Shown piece by piece: positions 25,859 through 38,200 of a stretch of DNA of 64,000 nucleotides. Origin of the DNA: Yuukianura sp. NJ FZ-2021. Its lineage: Eukaryota. Both the position numbers and the translations under genes were made by a program. The notes beneath the pieces are model-generated. The model had not been told where the DNA came from, searched no databases, and saw only the letters and a list, made by a program, of their open reading frames with translations. The first letter of the stretch is position 1. Each line of letters begins with the position of its first letter. The stretch is taken from NCBI GenBank assembly GCA_046563655.1, contig CM102290.1, positions 3,038,001-3,102,000 on the forward strand, read 5' to 3'.

Positions 25859-28800
25859 TCATTTATTAAAAAAAAATGAGTTGCGCAGTATAAAAGTTGT
25901 GCTTCTGCGAACTGCGTCCTATTATATGGAGGCGGAATATTGTTCAGCTAGGCCCATCCCTCTAATTGCAGAGTTTAGTAGACATTAGATTTGGTTTGTT
26001 TTAGTCTTTTGCGGTTAAGATGGAGGGTTGTTTGACTTGAATGTTGTGTTGATTGTCCATGCCCTGCAAACAGTCCAATTACCTTAATTTCCCACGAAAT
26101 GAACCTCTGCTCTATAATTTACCAAACCTACTATTATTAACCACTTGAACTCAACGTACTAATCTTCTCTCAGAGGCATAAGGCCATTCTGCTACTGATG
26201 AAATCCATAACCAGTAAGTATACCTTTACAAACAAATTTTAACACCCATCAAAACAAACAATGACACTCAAAACAGTTTCTTTGTTTTCTACTTTTTTTA
26301 AAAAAGGAAAAGTCAAACAAGGATAAGTTTGGTTTTAGAATTTAGAACAAAGTAGCAAAGCTGTGACAATGGATTGGATTAGTACTGTCGCGACAGAGAT
26401 TAAAACCTGCTCATCTTTACATTGTTTACTTGTGTATGTTGATCTACTAAAACTTTTGTTCGGCTCTGTCTGTCGCCTCTTTTTGTTCTAAAAAAATATT
26501 TTTTAAACAAGCCGACCTTTGAAGTTTTTTGAAATTCCGGGTTAGTTGGCTGAAGATTTAAAAGTTCATTAACTTTTTGGTATAACGGATATGAGTGTAC
26601 ATGGAAATGCTAATTAGTAAGTGCGATGCAAGATGCAATTGACTTTAATGTGCGAATTTTTACCACTTCCTTTCCTCTTCGCACAATGACACAACTTTTT
26701 TTTCTCCTTTTGCAAATTTTTCGCAAATTCGCAAACCAACTCGCAAAAAACTATGACGACTTTCCATTTAACAACCTCCGGTTAGTAATGCTAATGATGA
26801 AGATTTAACAAATACTTGGAAAACTTTTTTTTAAGAAATATTTTAAATTTTGAAAAGCGACCAGATGTCTAAGCAAACTATGCCATTTTGAAAGTCAAAG
26901 TTAACAATAGAAAATGGTTTTGTTCATTTTCTAAACAATTCGTCATTGAACGAACGTTTTTGAATTCTTTTGTGACAAAAGTTTCGTGTGACAATTGTTT
27001 GTTTCAACTTTGATTTATGGATGACATCTTAAGTCTTATTTTCTGTTCAAATAGTTTGAGTAGCTATGCCGCGGTGACCTTTAGGTCAAAACTTTCTGTG
27101 TGGCTTGTTTAGTCGCAATGGAATTTCAAATTTTTGGAGTTACTGCCGTTCTCACCGGATTTTTCAAAAACTGATTTTATGATTCATCGATCTCTTTCAA
27201 AAAATGCTTTTGTTTATTTCGTTTTTCCAAATTGTTGGATGTTGATTTAAGTAACTCAGGTCACTTTTGACCTTGTACTGATTTGTAGGATGAATTTAGT
27301 GCGCATACTCCGCTTCCGTTTGAATTTCAAAGATCATGTTGGAATTCATTGCTACATGATTAACATTATTACCTACATTATTCAGTTTTTCTGAAATCCA
27401 TCATTCGTTTTAAACTGACTTTTAAAAAAAGAATGTGACAAGAACAAATCCAGAGACAAGGATGAAGCGTAGTAGAGGACAGAATGCTCAAGTAGGTTTC
27501 TATGGAATGCAGATCTGCTTCAGAGGTAAGCTCACGAGATCAGAGAAGAAGATCTTCCAGGAAGATCAAGGATCCAACATTGTAACTTTTTCTTTTTAGC
27601 TTTGTTGGTTCCAGTTTCAATCTTTTTGAATTAATTCCACATTAGTCATGAGGGACAATAAGAAAATGGATTCTGGACGAATCACATCTTCCACCTGTGA
27701 AACATTTTACAGATCTTGTTCTGTTAACGTTAGGTTAGTTTTAACCTTTGACCTCTGAGATTGGACTTTTGTAGAGCAGAATAGGTCTTAAAAAATGATG
27801 GAAGTTCTAAATCTCTGTCAAGGATTAACAAAAGACTCTCATAATTGTGGTCATTGTCCACTGGAAAAAATAATCTCTTAATTCAGGGTCCCATAAATTA
27901 TGAAAAATGGACTTTGAAAGTCCCGCCTCCACATTCAAAATGTACGCGAGATCCATTTGAGTATAGTCACAAATCACCCGAATTTTCAGACTTTTAGTCA
28001 TATCCCATTTTTTTTAAAAACATTAGTCTACGTATTGTAGAGGTGACAGAGGTCACTTTTTTGTGTCACTTTCTGGGTGGTACAATTGGACAACTTCTGG
28101 AAGAGGAAGCGAAGGGGGGTGAAGGTGGGGAAGCCAAAGTTAAAGACGGATTCATTAGAAAAGAGGGGAGCCCTTTGCTGGTTAAGATTTTCAAAAAAAA
28201 TTCCAAACAGGATTTTTTTTTCAAGGGCCTATTGTTTGATTCTGGTTTAAAGAGGGGGACCCTTCGGTGGATACCTTAAATTATGTGTAGTGAGTTGAAT
28301 TTGAATTTGGAGTCAAAAGTCAATTTGAAAAGGCAACAGGATTTCCAAAGGGTCACTTTGACATGTCAACTGTCAAACGAGCTTTTCCTTGGTAGTCCAA
28401 GTCCTCCTAGGCTAACCAAACCTTAAGTATACCTCGGAAGGGCCTTCAACACAAAGCCTTTGTGTCATCTTCAACGTTAATCAAGGGCTCACTGGACAAT
28501 TCTTCTGTAAAACCCTCAAATTTCTCAAATTGAAACTTCAATTCGGCATTCCTTTCACGTTCGAACTTTCCCGCTGCCAAAAGTTTGTTTCCGCTTTGGC
28601 TATGCACCAACCTAACAAAAATTGATGGTGGATTGAGGAATGAATTTTTGGAGCTGCGCATGCTCCTCGGCGCTTCCTGTCATTTGAGACGCTTCCTTTG
28701 AAAAAACAAGTTACTGGAAAGTACTATAAGTTTTTGTTTCTGGGAATCTTTGAAAAGATGACTGTGTAGGTTGGACATGAGGATTGATTCTATTGGGTCC

Positions 28801-30491
28801 TGTTCAATGATAAGAGAAACACATGTAAACGGAGACAAAGTCAAGTTCAGTTGTTCATTTCCACTTTGTTGCTTTCTCAAGTGGATTCACTGATTTAATG
28901 ACACTCTCCAGTTATTCCGTATCTTATAGCTTCAAATCCGGCCAAAAAATTATAAAATTAAATTGGAAATTTCTTGTTTAATTTTCAGATGGAAATTGTT
29001 CCTACGCACGTGTAGACCGATCCAGAAGAAATTCGCTAAACGAGTCAATGATCGATTTTTTTTTGATTTGCGTTCGATTTCTGCTGAATTCGCTGCAATC
29101 GAGCTGCGCAATCTCAGATCACCCAATTTCAATCGCCGTTCAACAAGCTGAGCGATCACCGTTTGACCTATCTGCCTAATCTTAGTTCGACGGAGCTACG
29201 CAATCGCAGATCGAAAACTGACGCAATCGTTTGACCAAGCTGATCGATCGCAGCATAGCCGATACTGCCTAAAGTTGACCCCAAAGGGTGCATAGTTAAG
29301 GACAAAAGCCTGATTGAATCTTGTTGGACACAAAAAAAGTTAAGGTTGTGCTGTTGATTTGAGGCCCTTGTTCGTTCCTTGTGCCGAACGGATCCCTTGA
29401 AGCCCACATTGGTCTTGTTCTGACAATGGAACTTCATTCCTAAGGAAGGAGCCAAAAGACATCCACTTGGGAAGCTCATTTCAACCCCCTCGAGAGGCTC
29501 TTCAAGAGCCCATTCAGGTTCAAGCATCCCTCGTTCACATCGTCACTCCAACATTTCAACCACCCCACACAGCTTCAGCTTAAGAATATGTTCTAACATC
29601 CACCCTACGTCTAAGCCCAACAACGTTTCAAGCCACTTGCCTCCGAGTCACAGTCTACCCCCTGTGCTTTCTTATTCCCACTTTCCAAAGCCCCCGAGCA
29701 GTGTCCAACACTGGCAAGGTGGGATTAAGGCCACAGTCTCAGCCCTCCAGTCTCTTCAGTCCTTCGTCAGAACTTCAGGGTCAAACATATCTCTCCAACT
29801 AGCAAGTCGGAAACTTAGTCCGGAAGGTCGGTTCAACTCGGTACTACTTTCGGTACAACTTGATTTGCAAGCCAAGTAAACCAAAATTTCAGCCCGAAGT
29901 GAGTTTTCTCCAGAATTTGTTAGATTTCTTCAGAATCGAGAAATACCGACGATTTGTGAAGCATTCTTCAGAAATTTCTAAAAATTTGAAAATTTCGGTG
30001 AAAACTTTCTCCGAACTTTGGAAACTTATTCTGATGAGAAAGCTTTTGGAACTGGTTGGAGTGAACCAACTTTGTTAGTGAAGTGCACACAGTTGAAGTA
30101 ACTGCAGAAATTGTTGACACTTGAATGTTAAAGTCCTTCGGATTGAAATTGGTGAGCAAATAAGTTGAAGAGGTTCGAGCAAAATGTTTTTAGTGTCCGG
30201 AAAAGTGTGAACTTGTACATTGTTTTGAATTTTGAACATGGTAAAGCCTCAGACTTTGAAAGGTGAACAACTTTAAAGCAATTCTCAAATGGCAGCAAGG
30301 TGTAATAAACTCTCAAGTGTTTATTTCATTAGCAATTTGAAACTTCACTGCTTCAAACAACGTTTACAACTCTAAACTCTCATTTTGCAATTAAATTCAA
30401 TTCCCGCCTAAAGTATAATTACTTTCTGCAAATACATGCCAAAACACAACATTAAACAAAAGCTGCGGAGACAACCGGCTCCAGTCCCATC

Positions 30492-32075
30492 ATGATCGAG
30501 ATGTGCTCTTGTCTCGAGTGTGTGAACAGCAACGAAGGTCGTGTGAGTACATTGTCGTCCAGTGACACTGATCGCTTAACCCAATCCATCATGGCGGCGC
30601 ATGCGCGTCGATTTTCCTCCCTTTGGCCATTTCGCAGACCCCTTAAGGGCCTATGCTTCGGAACGGCCGTGTTGGCCTTTTTGATTGGTTTGGGTGTTGG
30701 CCTGTTAGTGTCAGTCTACTGCCTGCCCCTAACTTCATCTTCAGAGGTCAAGGTCACAAGGACAGAGGTCAATAACCTCAAAAGGACTAGTGAATTTGTG
30801 TACTCAGTGTCTCCAAGTCAATTCCTAGTTACGCCAGAACCATTGACAACAACGACGAGTGAAAGTGGTTTAGTGTCAGAGTCAGAAACTAATTTATCTT
30901 CAAGATTTCCCGTTCACGAGGACCCTCAAAGTCCAATTCTGAAAAGACCAGAACCGAACGTTCAGTTTGTGCCACCAGCAGCCACCAGAATTTTGTCACT
31001 TCATCCTCCTGTTCAAACACAAGCCTCCCTTGGCAAATATTTGGACAGACCAAACAATCTGGTAGTGGGAAAGAGAGGAGATGGTGACATGTCGTCGCCG
31101 AGTCATGCAACGAAACATGTTGTTGGACAGCTACTTGAAGACGGAGTTTACTGGAGTCAAGACGTGGAAGTCCAACTACCTCGAGGATTCAGTGATGCCC
31201 AGCTAAGCAGTTGGAGGTCCTTTGTGCACAATTCAAGCGTAACTAAGATGGAGGAGGGCTGTGGTCGCATGCAGAACCGCCTTCTGACCTTGGACGATCA
31301 AGTGAAGGCGTGCTGTCGATACCGTCAAAATGCAGATCAAATCCAAGGAGAAATTTTTAGTTTTTACTTGAGTCAGTTGTTGGGCATCAGAAACGTGGCG
31401 CCGTCGGCTCTCAATGTTATTAAACTCGGCAGAGGTCAATGGTCACCAGTATCAACACAACTGGATATTGCCCAGTGGACAGACGAGAAGCCAGTGGTAC
31501 TTACGCAGTTTCTAGCCGACTTAATGCCAGCACTTATCCCCGTACCGTTTCGTGATTCGAAACGAAGTCTCCATCCGTCCGATATTCTCAATTCGGTTTC
31601 TCCGATCAATGTGACTGAATTGGCTCAGTGGTCGGACCTTATCGTTTTTGATTACTTAACAGCCAATTTGGACAGAGTTGTGAATAACTTGTTCAATCTT
31701 CAATGGAACCCGTCCATGATGGACTCCCCTGCCCATAACCTTGTCATGGACCCACAGTCCGGACTCCTTGTTTTTCTGGACAATGAGAGCGGCCTTCTCC
31801 ATGGTTACCGACTGCTGGACAAGTATGAAGTGTACCATCGCCTCATGCTGGACTCTCTGTGTATTTTTAGAAAGTCAACGGCCAATGCCATCAAAAGACT
31901 TTATAACCAAAAAACCGTTGGACTCGAATTGCGCCAAATGTTTGAACAATTTGAACCAAATGCAGTCGACTACCTTCCAATGCTTCCAGACCGATCCGTA
32001 AAAATTTTAAATCGACGAATTGAAGTAGTTCACAAGCAAATTTTAAAATGTGAGAGCTTATATGACTCCCCGTAG
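30492..32075 (+). CDS. fj: Four-jointed Golgi kinase (fj/FJX1), single-exon CDS
   Basis: 527-aa uninterrupted ORF with an N-terminal type II transmembrane segment. Motifs: GCGRMQNRL, CCRYRQNADQIQGEIFSFYL, QWSDLIVFDYLTANLDR and the LVFLDNESG (DNE) kinase motif. Confidence 0.96.
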   Translation: MIEMCSCLECVNSNEGRVSTLSSSDTDRLTQSIMAAHARRFSSLWPFRRPLKGLCFGTAVLAFLIGLGVGLLVSVYCLPLTSSSEVKVTRTEVNNLKRTSEFVYSVSPSQFLVTPEPLTTTTSESGLVSESETNLSSRFPVHEDPQSPILKRPEPNVQFVPPAATRILSLHPPVQTQASLGKYLDRPNNLVVGKRGDGDMSSPSHATKHVVGQLLEDGVYWSQDVEVQLPRGFSDAQLSSWRSFVHNSSVTKMEEGCGRMQNRLLTLDDQVKACCRYRQNADQIQGEIFSFYLSQLLGIRNVAPSALNVIKLGRGQWSPVSTQLDIAQWTDEKPVVLTQFLADLMPALIPVPFRDSKRSLHPSDILNSVSPINVTELAQWSDLIVFDYLTANLDRVVNNLFNLQWNPSMMDSPAHNLVMDPQSGLLVFLDNESGLLHGYRLLDKYEVYHRLMLDSLCIFRKSTANAIKRLYNQKTVGLELRQMFEQFEPNAVDYLPMLPDRSVKILNRRIEVVHKQILKCESLYDSP

Positions 32076-34999
32076 AACAAAACAAAATGTTAATTTTTTA
32101 ACGTTGGGGAAAGTTTCATTTGCCAAAATTGGACACTTTCTGGAAATGTAGCCAAATCCAGAACGATGTCTGACATGTCAACTTGTGAACTTCCAGAATT
32201 TCTTGTCAATTCCAATTGTGATCACAAAAATCTTCCATAATTTTTCTCTTTCTGTAGATATAATTTGAGTTTACTTCTTTGAAAAGTTGTTTGTTAGTTA
32301 ATTTTTAATTTTTTTCGTTAGACTGAATTTCTATTGTAAACTTGTTGATGTAATCCAAAACCCAACGAGCTAGAAAGAAACACTCATAAGCTTCCCACGC
32401 ATGCGTGAAATGTAACCTTGTTCTTGTGCTTCTAAAGTCCTCTGTCCTCCCTTATAACATTTCATGTCAAAGATCAAATTTCATGTTTTTTAACATTGTC
32501 ATCTTCTACCTTTTTTGCCCAAAAATCCTCTGTTTCATTTTTTTTTAGCCCCAACACAGTGTTTTTAACTCAGGAACAAAAGTATTAGAGCTTAAACATT
32601 TCAAAAAAAAATTTCTTGAGGAAAATGTATCGCCATGTCTGTTTTTTTTAAAGAAGTTAATTTATATTTAGACTTAAGAACAATAGATTTATAATTACAA
32701 AATTTACAAATTAGTTTTACATTAATATTATAATTAAAAAAAGTGTGAAATTAAAAACTGCAATACAAGTTACGATCCAACACCAACTTCTTTCCACTTA
32801 TTTTGAAACTGTTTTTTAAATTAAAAATTTGAAAATGGTTGTTAATATTTTGAACATTTTGCGCATGACGGCATAGGAGTTTGTGATGTCATAAAGTCGT
32901 AAAGTCTTGTTCTTACAGTTGTAATTACGCGGGATTGTTGTTGCAACTTTTTTTTGATTGAATCATCCTAGGATTTATTGGCTATAAACGAGTAAAAACT
33001 TAAGAAGAAAACAATTACTACACAACGGAAAAGATGCAAGCAATTACTATGAAACCACATCTATGTATCTTCCGCTTCCTTACGACATCCATCAACGACA
33101 TGCAGTTTCGCGTGGTTTTTATCACTTTTGGTGGGACGGGAGAGCCACGACGTCTTAGTGGGGCGGTGGATCAGTTTGTGGTGGGGCAACAACTTTGTTG
33201 ATGGAATTGAGCAGGTGAAATTAAAGCTTCAAAAGTGGAACGCTTGACGTTCCGTGAATTCAAACCTCTTTTTTCTTTTACTTTCTTCTACCGACTCCAT
33301 TTTGAATTTTTTGAAACCCCGCGTATTGTCCTGTCAAGTTGAATTGTTTTGCAAAAGAATCTTTTGAAAAAGTACCGTTCTTTTTTCTCTCACTTCAAAA
33401 TCACGGATTTAGACACGACAAACAAAGGAACGAAAGGGTTTAAGGTTGACAATTTTTTCTGTTGTTCTAAAATCCGCTTACTCTGTTCGAAAAACTTTTA
33501 AAACGCTTAGAAAAAGGTTTGAAACAAGCACACAAAAAAGTAGCCGTGTTTTCCTTTTCGTTCGTCGCCATTTGGTTTCACTGTTTGTTTAACTGTTTAC
33601 TTGACATAGCAGGTGATACATTAAAAAATAGTATTTTTTTTTTCAAATACGTTTTTAAAAAACTATTTGCAAATGTCAATTATAAAGCTGCCGGCAATTC
33701 CTTTCAAACGAGATTTTTATGATTTTTTTGAAATGAAGAAGCCCGAGGCCCATGTCGAGGTTTTCCAAGAACAAAAAAACGACTTTCACTTTGTAGTGCT
33801 CTTTCCTTTAATTTTTTCCTTTTGAAAACAAAGAATTTGAAAACGGACCCTTCAGAAAATGGACTGATTAACCAAAATTATGATGATGGGAATTTGAAGT
33901 TTTTCGAACAAATGAAACTAATCTCCGATTTTTGTGACAGATTAACTTTTTCTTTCGAACCAAAAGCCATAACAGGCGCGACTCTGTTCAAAATCTGTTT
34001 TCAAATCCCGCTTCTTTTAAACAAGTTCTGTTAAAGGCTCTTTCTCGAAGTCCCTTCAAGGGTACAGGAAGGGCCTTCTGAGTACTTCTGACCATCAAAA
34101 AGTGTAGGTAGTTGTAATAACTTTTAAAAAAGTGAAAAGCCAACTCATGGCGGGATCAAAGGGTTAAAAATTTTTTCTAAATCCAAAGCATTTTGGAACT
34201 TAAAACCGAATTCTGACAAAGGTATAAGCTGATATCGTATTTGAAAAGATTTGTATTTTTCCTTTACTTTTTAAATGGCGGCAAAGTGGCAGAAGATTTT
34301 TGAGATCTTAAAAAAAATCTCCAAAACTTTCTTAGTTGATTAATCCCTCATCTTCACTAATTCCTTGACTCAAAATTTACCTGACGTTCTGTTCATCGTC
34401 TTAATGTCATCTTTTCCAAAATTTGCAAAAACAAAAATTGCGTAAATTTTAAGCCGTAAAGAAGATGAGACACACCTTAATCCCTGTCAGTTTCCTTGCA
34501 AAGCCGCCGTTGCCGAAACCTTCAGGCCTTGAAATCCAATTTACAAAAAAAAGTTCTCTCGATGTAGAAAAAAGTAGAAATGATTCCAGGATTTGTAAAG
34601 TCAATTTCCAAGTTTCAAAAAAATTTTATGACCATGGCGAGACCTTTTTTCAAAAAAGCAGAACAGGGTCCTATGAAACCTTTGTTCCACGGAGCCCTTA
34701 ATTGTTCCTGGACGGAGATTTAAGGAGGAGAAGAGGTCATATACATGTCACTCTCCAAATCAAATCTGAAACTTTGCCAACTTTTCAAAACTTTTGAACA
34801 CCCATGAGACAACTTTCAGATGTCAAAAAACAACAATGTCTATAGTCTATCAAAACTAACGAATAAATTTGAAGATTCTGAAAGGAGTCTGGGCTTTCAA
34901 ATTGTTTCTTATCACTGTCATTTATGTGCAAAATTTGCAAAGTTTTTGCAATTTTGTGAACTCTCTAATTGGGAATTGTTGGGAATGTCGGAGAATAAG

Positions 35000-35228
35000 G
35001 CATGTATGTCAAATTTATGTTGCAGGTATGTTACATGTATGTTGCAGGTATGTTCTATACATGTTACAGGCAATGTTGTATATGTTTGGTACATTTCTAT
35101 TGCAGGTATGTTACATGCATGTCGCAGATATGTTCTATGCATGTTGTAGGCATGTTGCATGTATGTTACACGCTTATTGCAGGTATGCTACATGTATGTT
35201 TCATGTAAGTCACATATCATGTTATGCG
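35000..35228. repeat. Degenerate ~22-bp minisatellite (CATGTATGTTGCAGGTATGTTA-like)
   Basis: About ten degenerate tandem units. They explain the overlapping C/Y/M/V-rich spurious ORFs here. Confidence 0.85.
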
Positions 35229-38200
35229 TAATAAGTATGGTATTGTGCAATATGGAAGTGTATTTATGTGCGTGAGTGGTTTGTGGTAAAGGGTTTAATT
35301 GGAAGGTTGGCTGATTAGAGCCTTCTTGCACCTTCGGTGTGAACAAGGAGGGAGGTGCTAAGAGATTAAGGACTTAAGTGGATACACTCAAGGAACAGGC
35401 ACGGACAAGAGGGAGCCCTTCAAGGGACACATCGGATCTTCTGGATCTTTATGACTTGGATTTCCTCCAGTCCTGGACAACTGACCCCTCCACTAACTTC
35501 TCCCGGCGGTCAAATTCTCCGGATTTCTGGAACTGTCCAAGTCATGCTTTTTAGTAGAGTCGGAGTGATTGCATGCGAGGAGGCGGTGAAATAATGATGA
35601 TGATGATGATGCGATGATCTCGTGAAGTGATGATGGAAGGGAAGATGCTTGTGGCAAGGCCCACTCACTAACCTGCCAATTTCCTTCCTAATGGATGGTT
35701 TACCTTTACAAATAATCATCATCATCATCACCAAAACCAAAATGAACATTCCCCCTTCTCCAGCCCACCAATCAATCCACCGTCAATTACTCAAACACCT
35801 TTCGGATATTACATCAAGTGCAGGTTAAAACATTAGGAACAGGAACTACACTTTTTAGTAGATCAAAGTCTCTTGCACTGGTTTTTATAGTTTAACAGTT
35901 CTTTGCCTTAAAACTTAAAAAATGATGTAATTTTTGTGCAGTTTTATACGAATTTTGAGTAGGACTTGGTCTGTCTCACCACAATTCCTGCGATTCTTGT
36001 TAGATTCACTTTGGCACTTCAACGACTTTAAGTGTAAGTGTTACAAGTCGTAAAATCTCAAGTGTGAGAAACGTACTAAAACATCAAATGTTATTGAACT
36101 CTGGCAGGCAAACTTCCTTCCAAGTACAGCAATCTTCCGAAATTTAATTTTCAAATTGGAAATTTCAAAAATAAATCAAGCTTCTGAAAAACCCATTAGT
36201 TTTGCAGAAGCAATTCTTTGCATTACAGTAAGTGTCCGTCCATATGGTTCCATCCATAATATTAAACTGTCCATAATTGACCGTCCGTAAGGGTCCGTCC
36301 ATACGTGTTTAGGTTTATAGACAAAAAGCGAACTTACAATTAGAAATAAAACAATTTTTGAGACAATTTTTTCCAAATTTCAGTACGACCCTAAAGTAAC
36401 GATAACCTAATTTTTTAAATAAAATTGAATTTCCATTGCCTGAGTTTTCGTTCGTAAAGATGTCCCGTGTATTTCTTGCACAGTTGATTAATATTCTTAA
36501 GCCGCCAAGGTTTAAAAACTCAGTCCCATCACAAAAGTCATGCAATCTCCCTTCTGCGCCTGCTCACACATTTTCTTTTTGTAAAGTCACTTTCCTGGTT
36601 GCATACAAATTACAACATTTTAGCAATTCCAACCCTAACTTATGCTCTAACCTCTACCACACTAAACATATTTGAATCCTACACTCAGCATTCAAGTGGG
36701 ATTCAAATTGGCAAAAAGCCTAGGCCTCCCACATTTTCCAAAAAATTTGACCATAATTCTTTTTCCAGCAGAAGTAAAAAGTTTTCGGCTAAAAGTTATG
36801 TTCTTTCTTGTTAAAAACTTCATTAGTAAGAAAAACAACATTTTTTCTTGTTTTTGGCTTCGAGGAGTCATCTAAATAACCCAAAAACTTTTAAAAGTTT
36901 TTTGACACCTTGAAAATTAAGTCATTAAGGATTTGAAAGTTGAACAAGTTCAGAACAATGTTTTTTCTTATTCAATTTGATTACGCATGCTCAAGACGGA
37001 GTCGATGTGTACGGTTAGTTGGACATTGTGATTGTGACACTTGATTAAAATCTGGATTGGGAAGAAGGTTTAAAGGAGAGCCACAAGACAAGCTTTTAGT
37101 TGTGATAGATAAGTCAACCGGATTTTGCACGTCGCCGAACTACAGTGTGTCTTTCTTAATTTCCCACCAAATTGGTCAATTGCCAAAAATTCAATTCATG
37201 GCGCTGGGGTTCAAGGTTTGCAAATTGCAAAAATACTGGTCTGAGTCCAACCAGCATCAAGACCAAACACACCCTTGTCCTGTTCTAAATCCTAAACATT
37301 TGTACTTACCAATTGTTAAAAAGAGTTTTGGACACTTCCCGTATTGTAATGAGTGCATAACACACTCAACCTTTTAGGTGACGAATTTCACACCTTTAAC
37401 AACCAGAAAAGATTAGGATAAAAAAAACACACAATGTTAACAAAATATTCAAAAAAATAGAAAGGAAAAGGAATGAAATAAAATTGGTTTATTTGGAGAA
37501 GGCGCGTATTGAATTTCCTGTGTGACATATTTTGAATTTCTAAACTTTTAGAATAAAAAAATGGATTTTTTTGAAAAGAATGTTCCTGTGAGATTTAAAA
37601 TTTAAGCCAGGCTATTGTTGAACATTGGAGTGGAAATAAGTGTTCCATTGTCATCTACTTTTTTTGAAATTTTTGTTTCCTTTCTGAAATGTGTTTACTA
37701 AGCTCCTTAAGCACTTTTTCTGGAAGCCATAACTTTCTGGAAGGACACGAATGTACTGCTTCAGCAACTGAAAAGTCCCGCGTTAGTGACACACGGTTCA
37801 TATTATACGTTTCTCTTTTTTTTGAAAATATTTTGAAAATTGAATGAGAAATGTTCAAATTGTAAGGGATTTAAAAAAATTTAAACACCTTTGGCTCATT
37901 TTTCAGTCTCCAAAGAATAGTTCAATTTTCAATTGTGATGAAGGCAGAAAAGAACGTTGGGGAGAACTTTTGAAATTCTATGAAAAGAGTCACACAAGCA
38001 AGAGGCCCTTTGGTTCCTTTTTCTTTGTGGGCCCTTAAGTCTCCTTGCCCTGGGTGTCGCAATAGTTAAGGAAAATGGTGAATGTTGGGTATTTCAACAA
38101 TGGAGCTAAAATTTTCAACAATGAAATTCAAAATTGTTGAAACGGAATTTGGAAATTTCAGACGGCGGAAGTGACAAAGATCAAAGGAAACCAAAAAGAC

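Noticed and set aside
34149..34167. piggyBac-like end (AAAGGGTTAA)
   Set aside because: No matching TTAACCCTTT partner end was found nearby.
34820..35231. Overlapping Cys/Tyr/Met-rich ORFs
   Set aside because: They are products of the 22-bp minisatellite.
35594..35731. ATG/CAT triplet runs and a poly-His ORF
   Set aside because: Simple microsatellite with no coding evidence.
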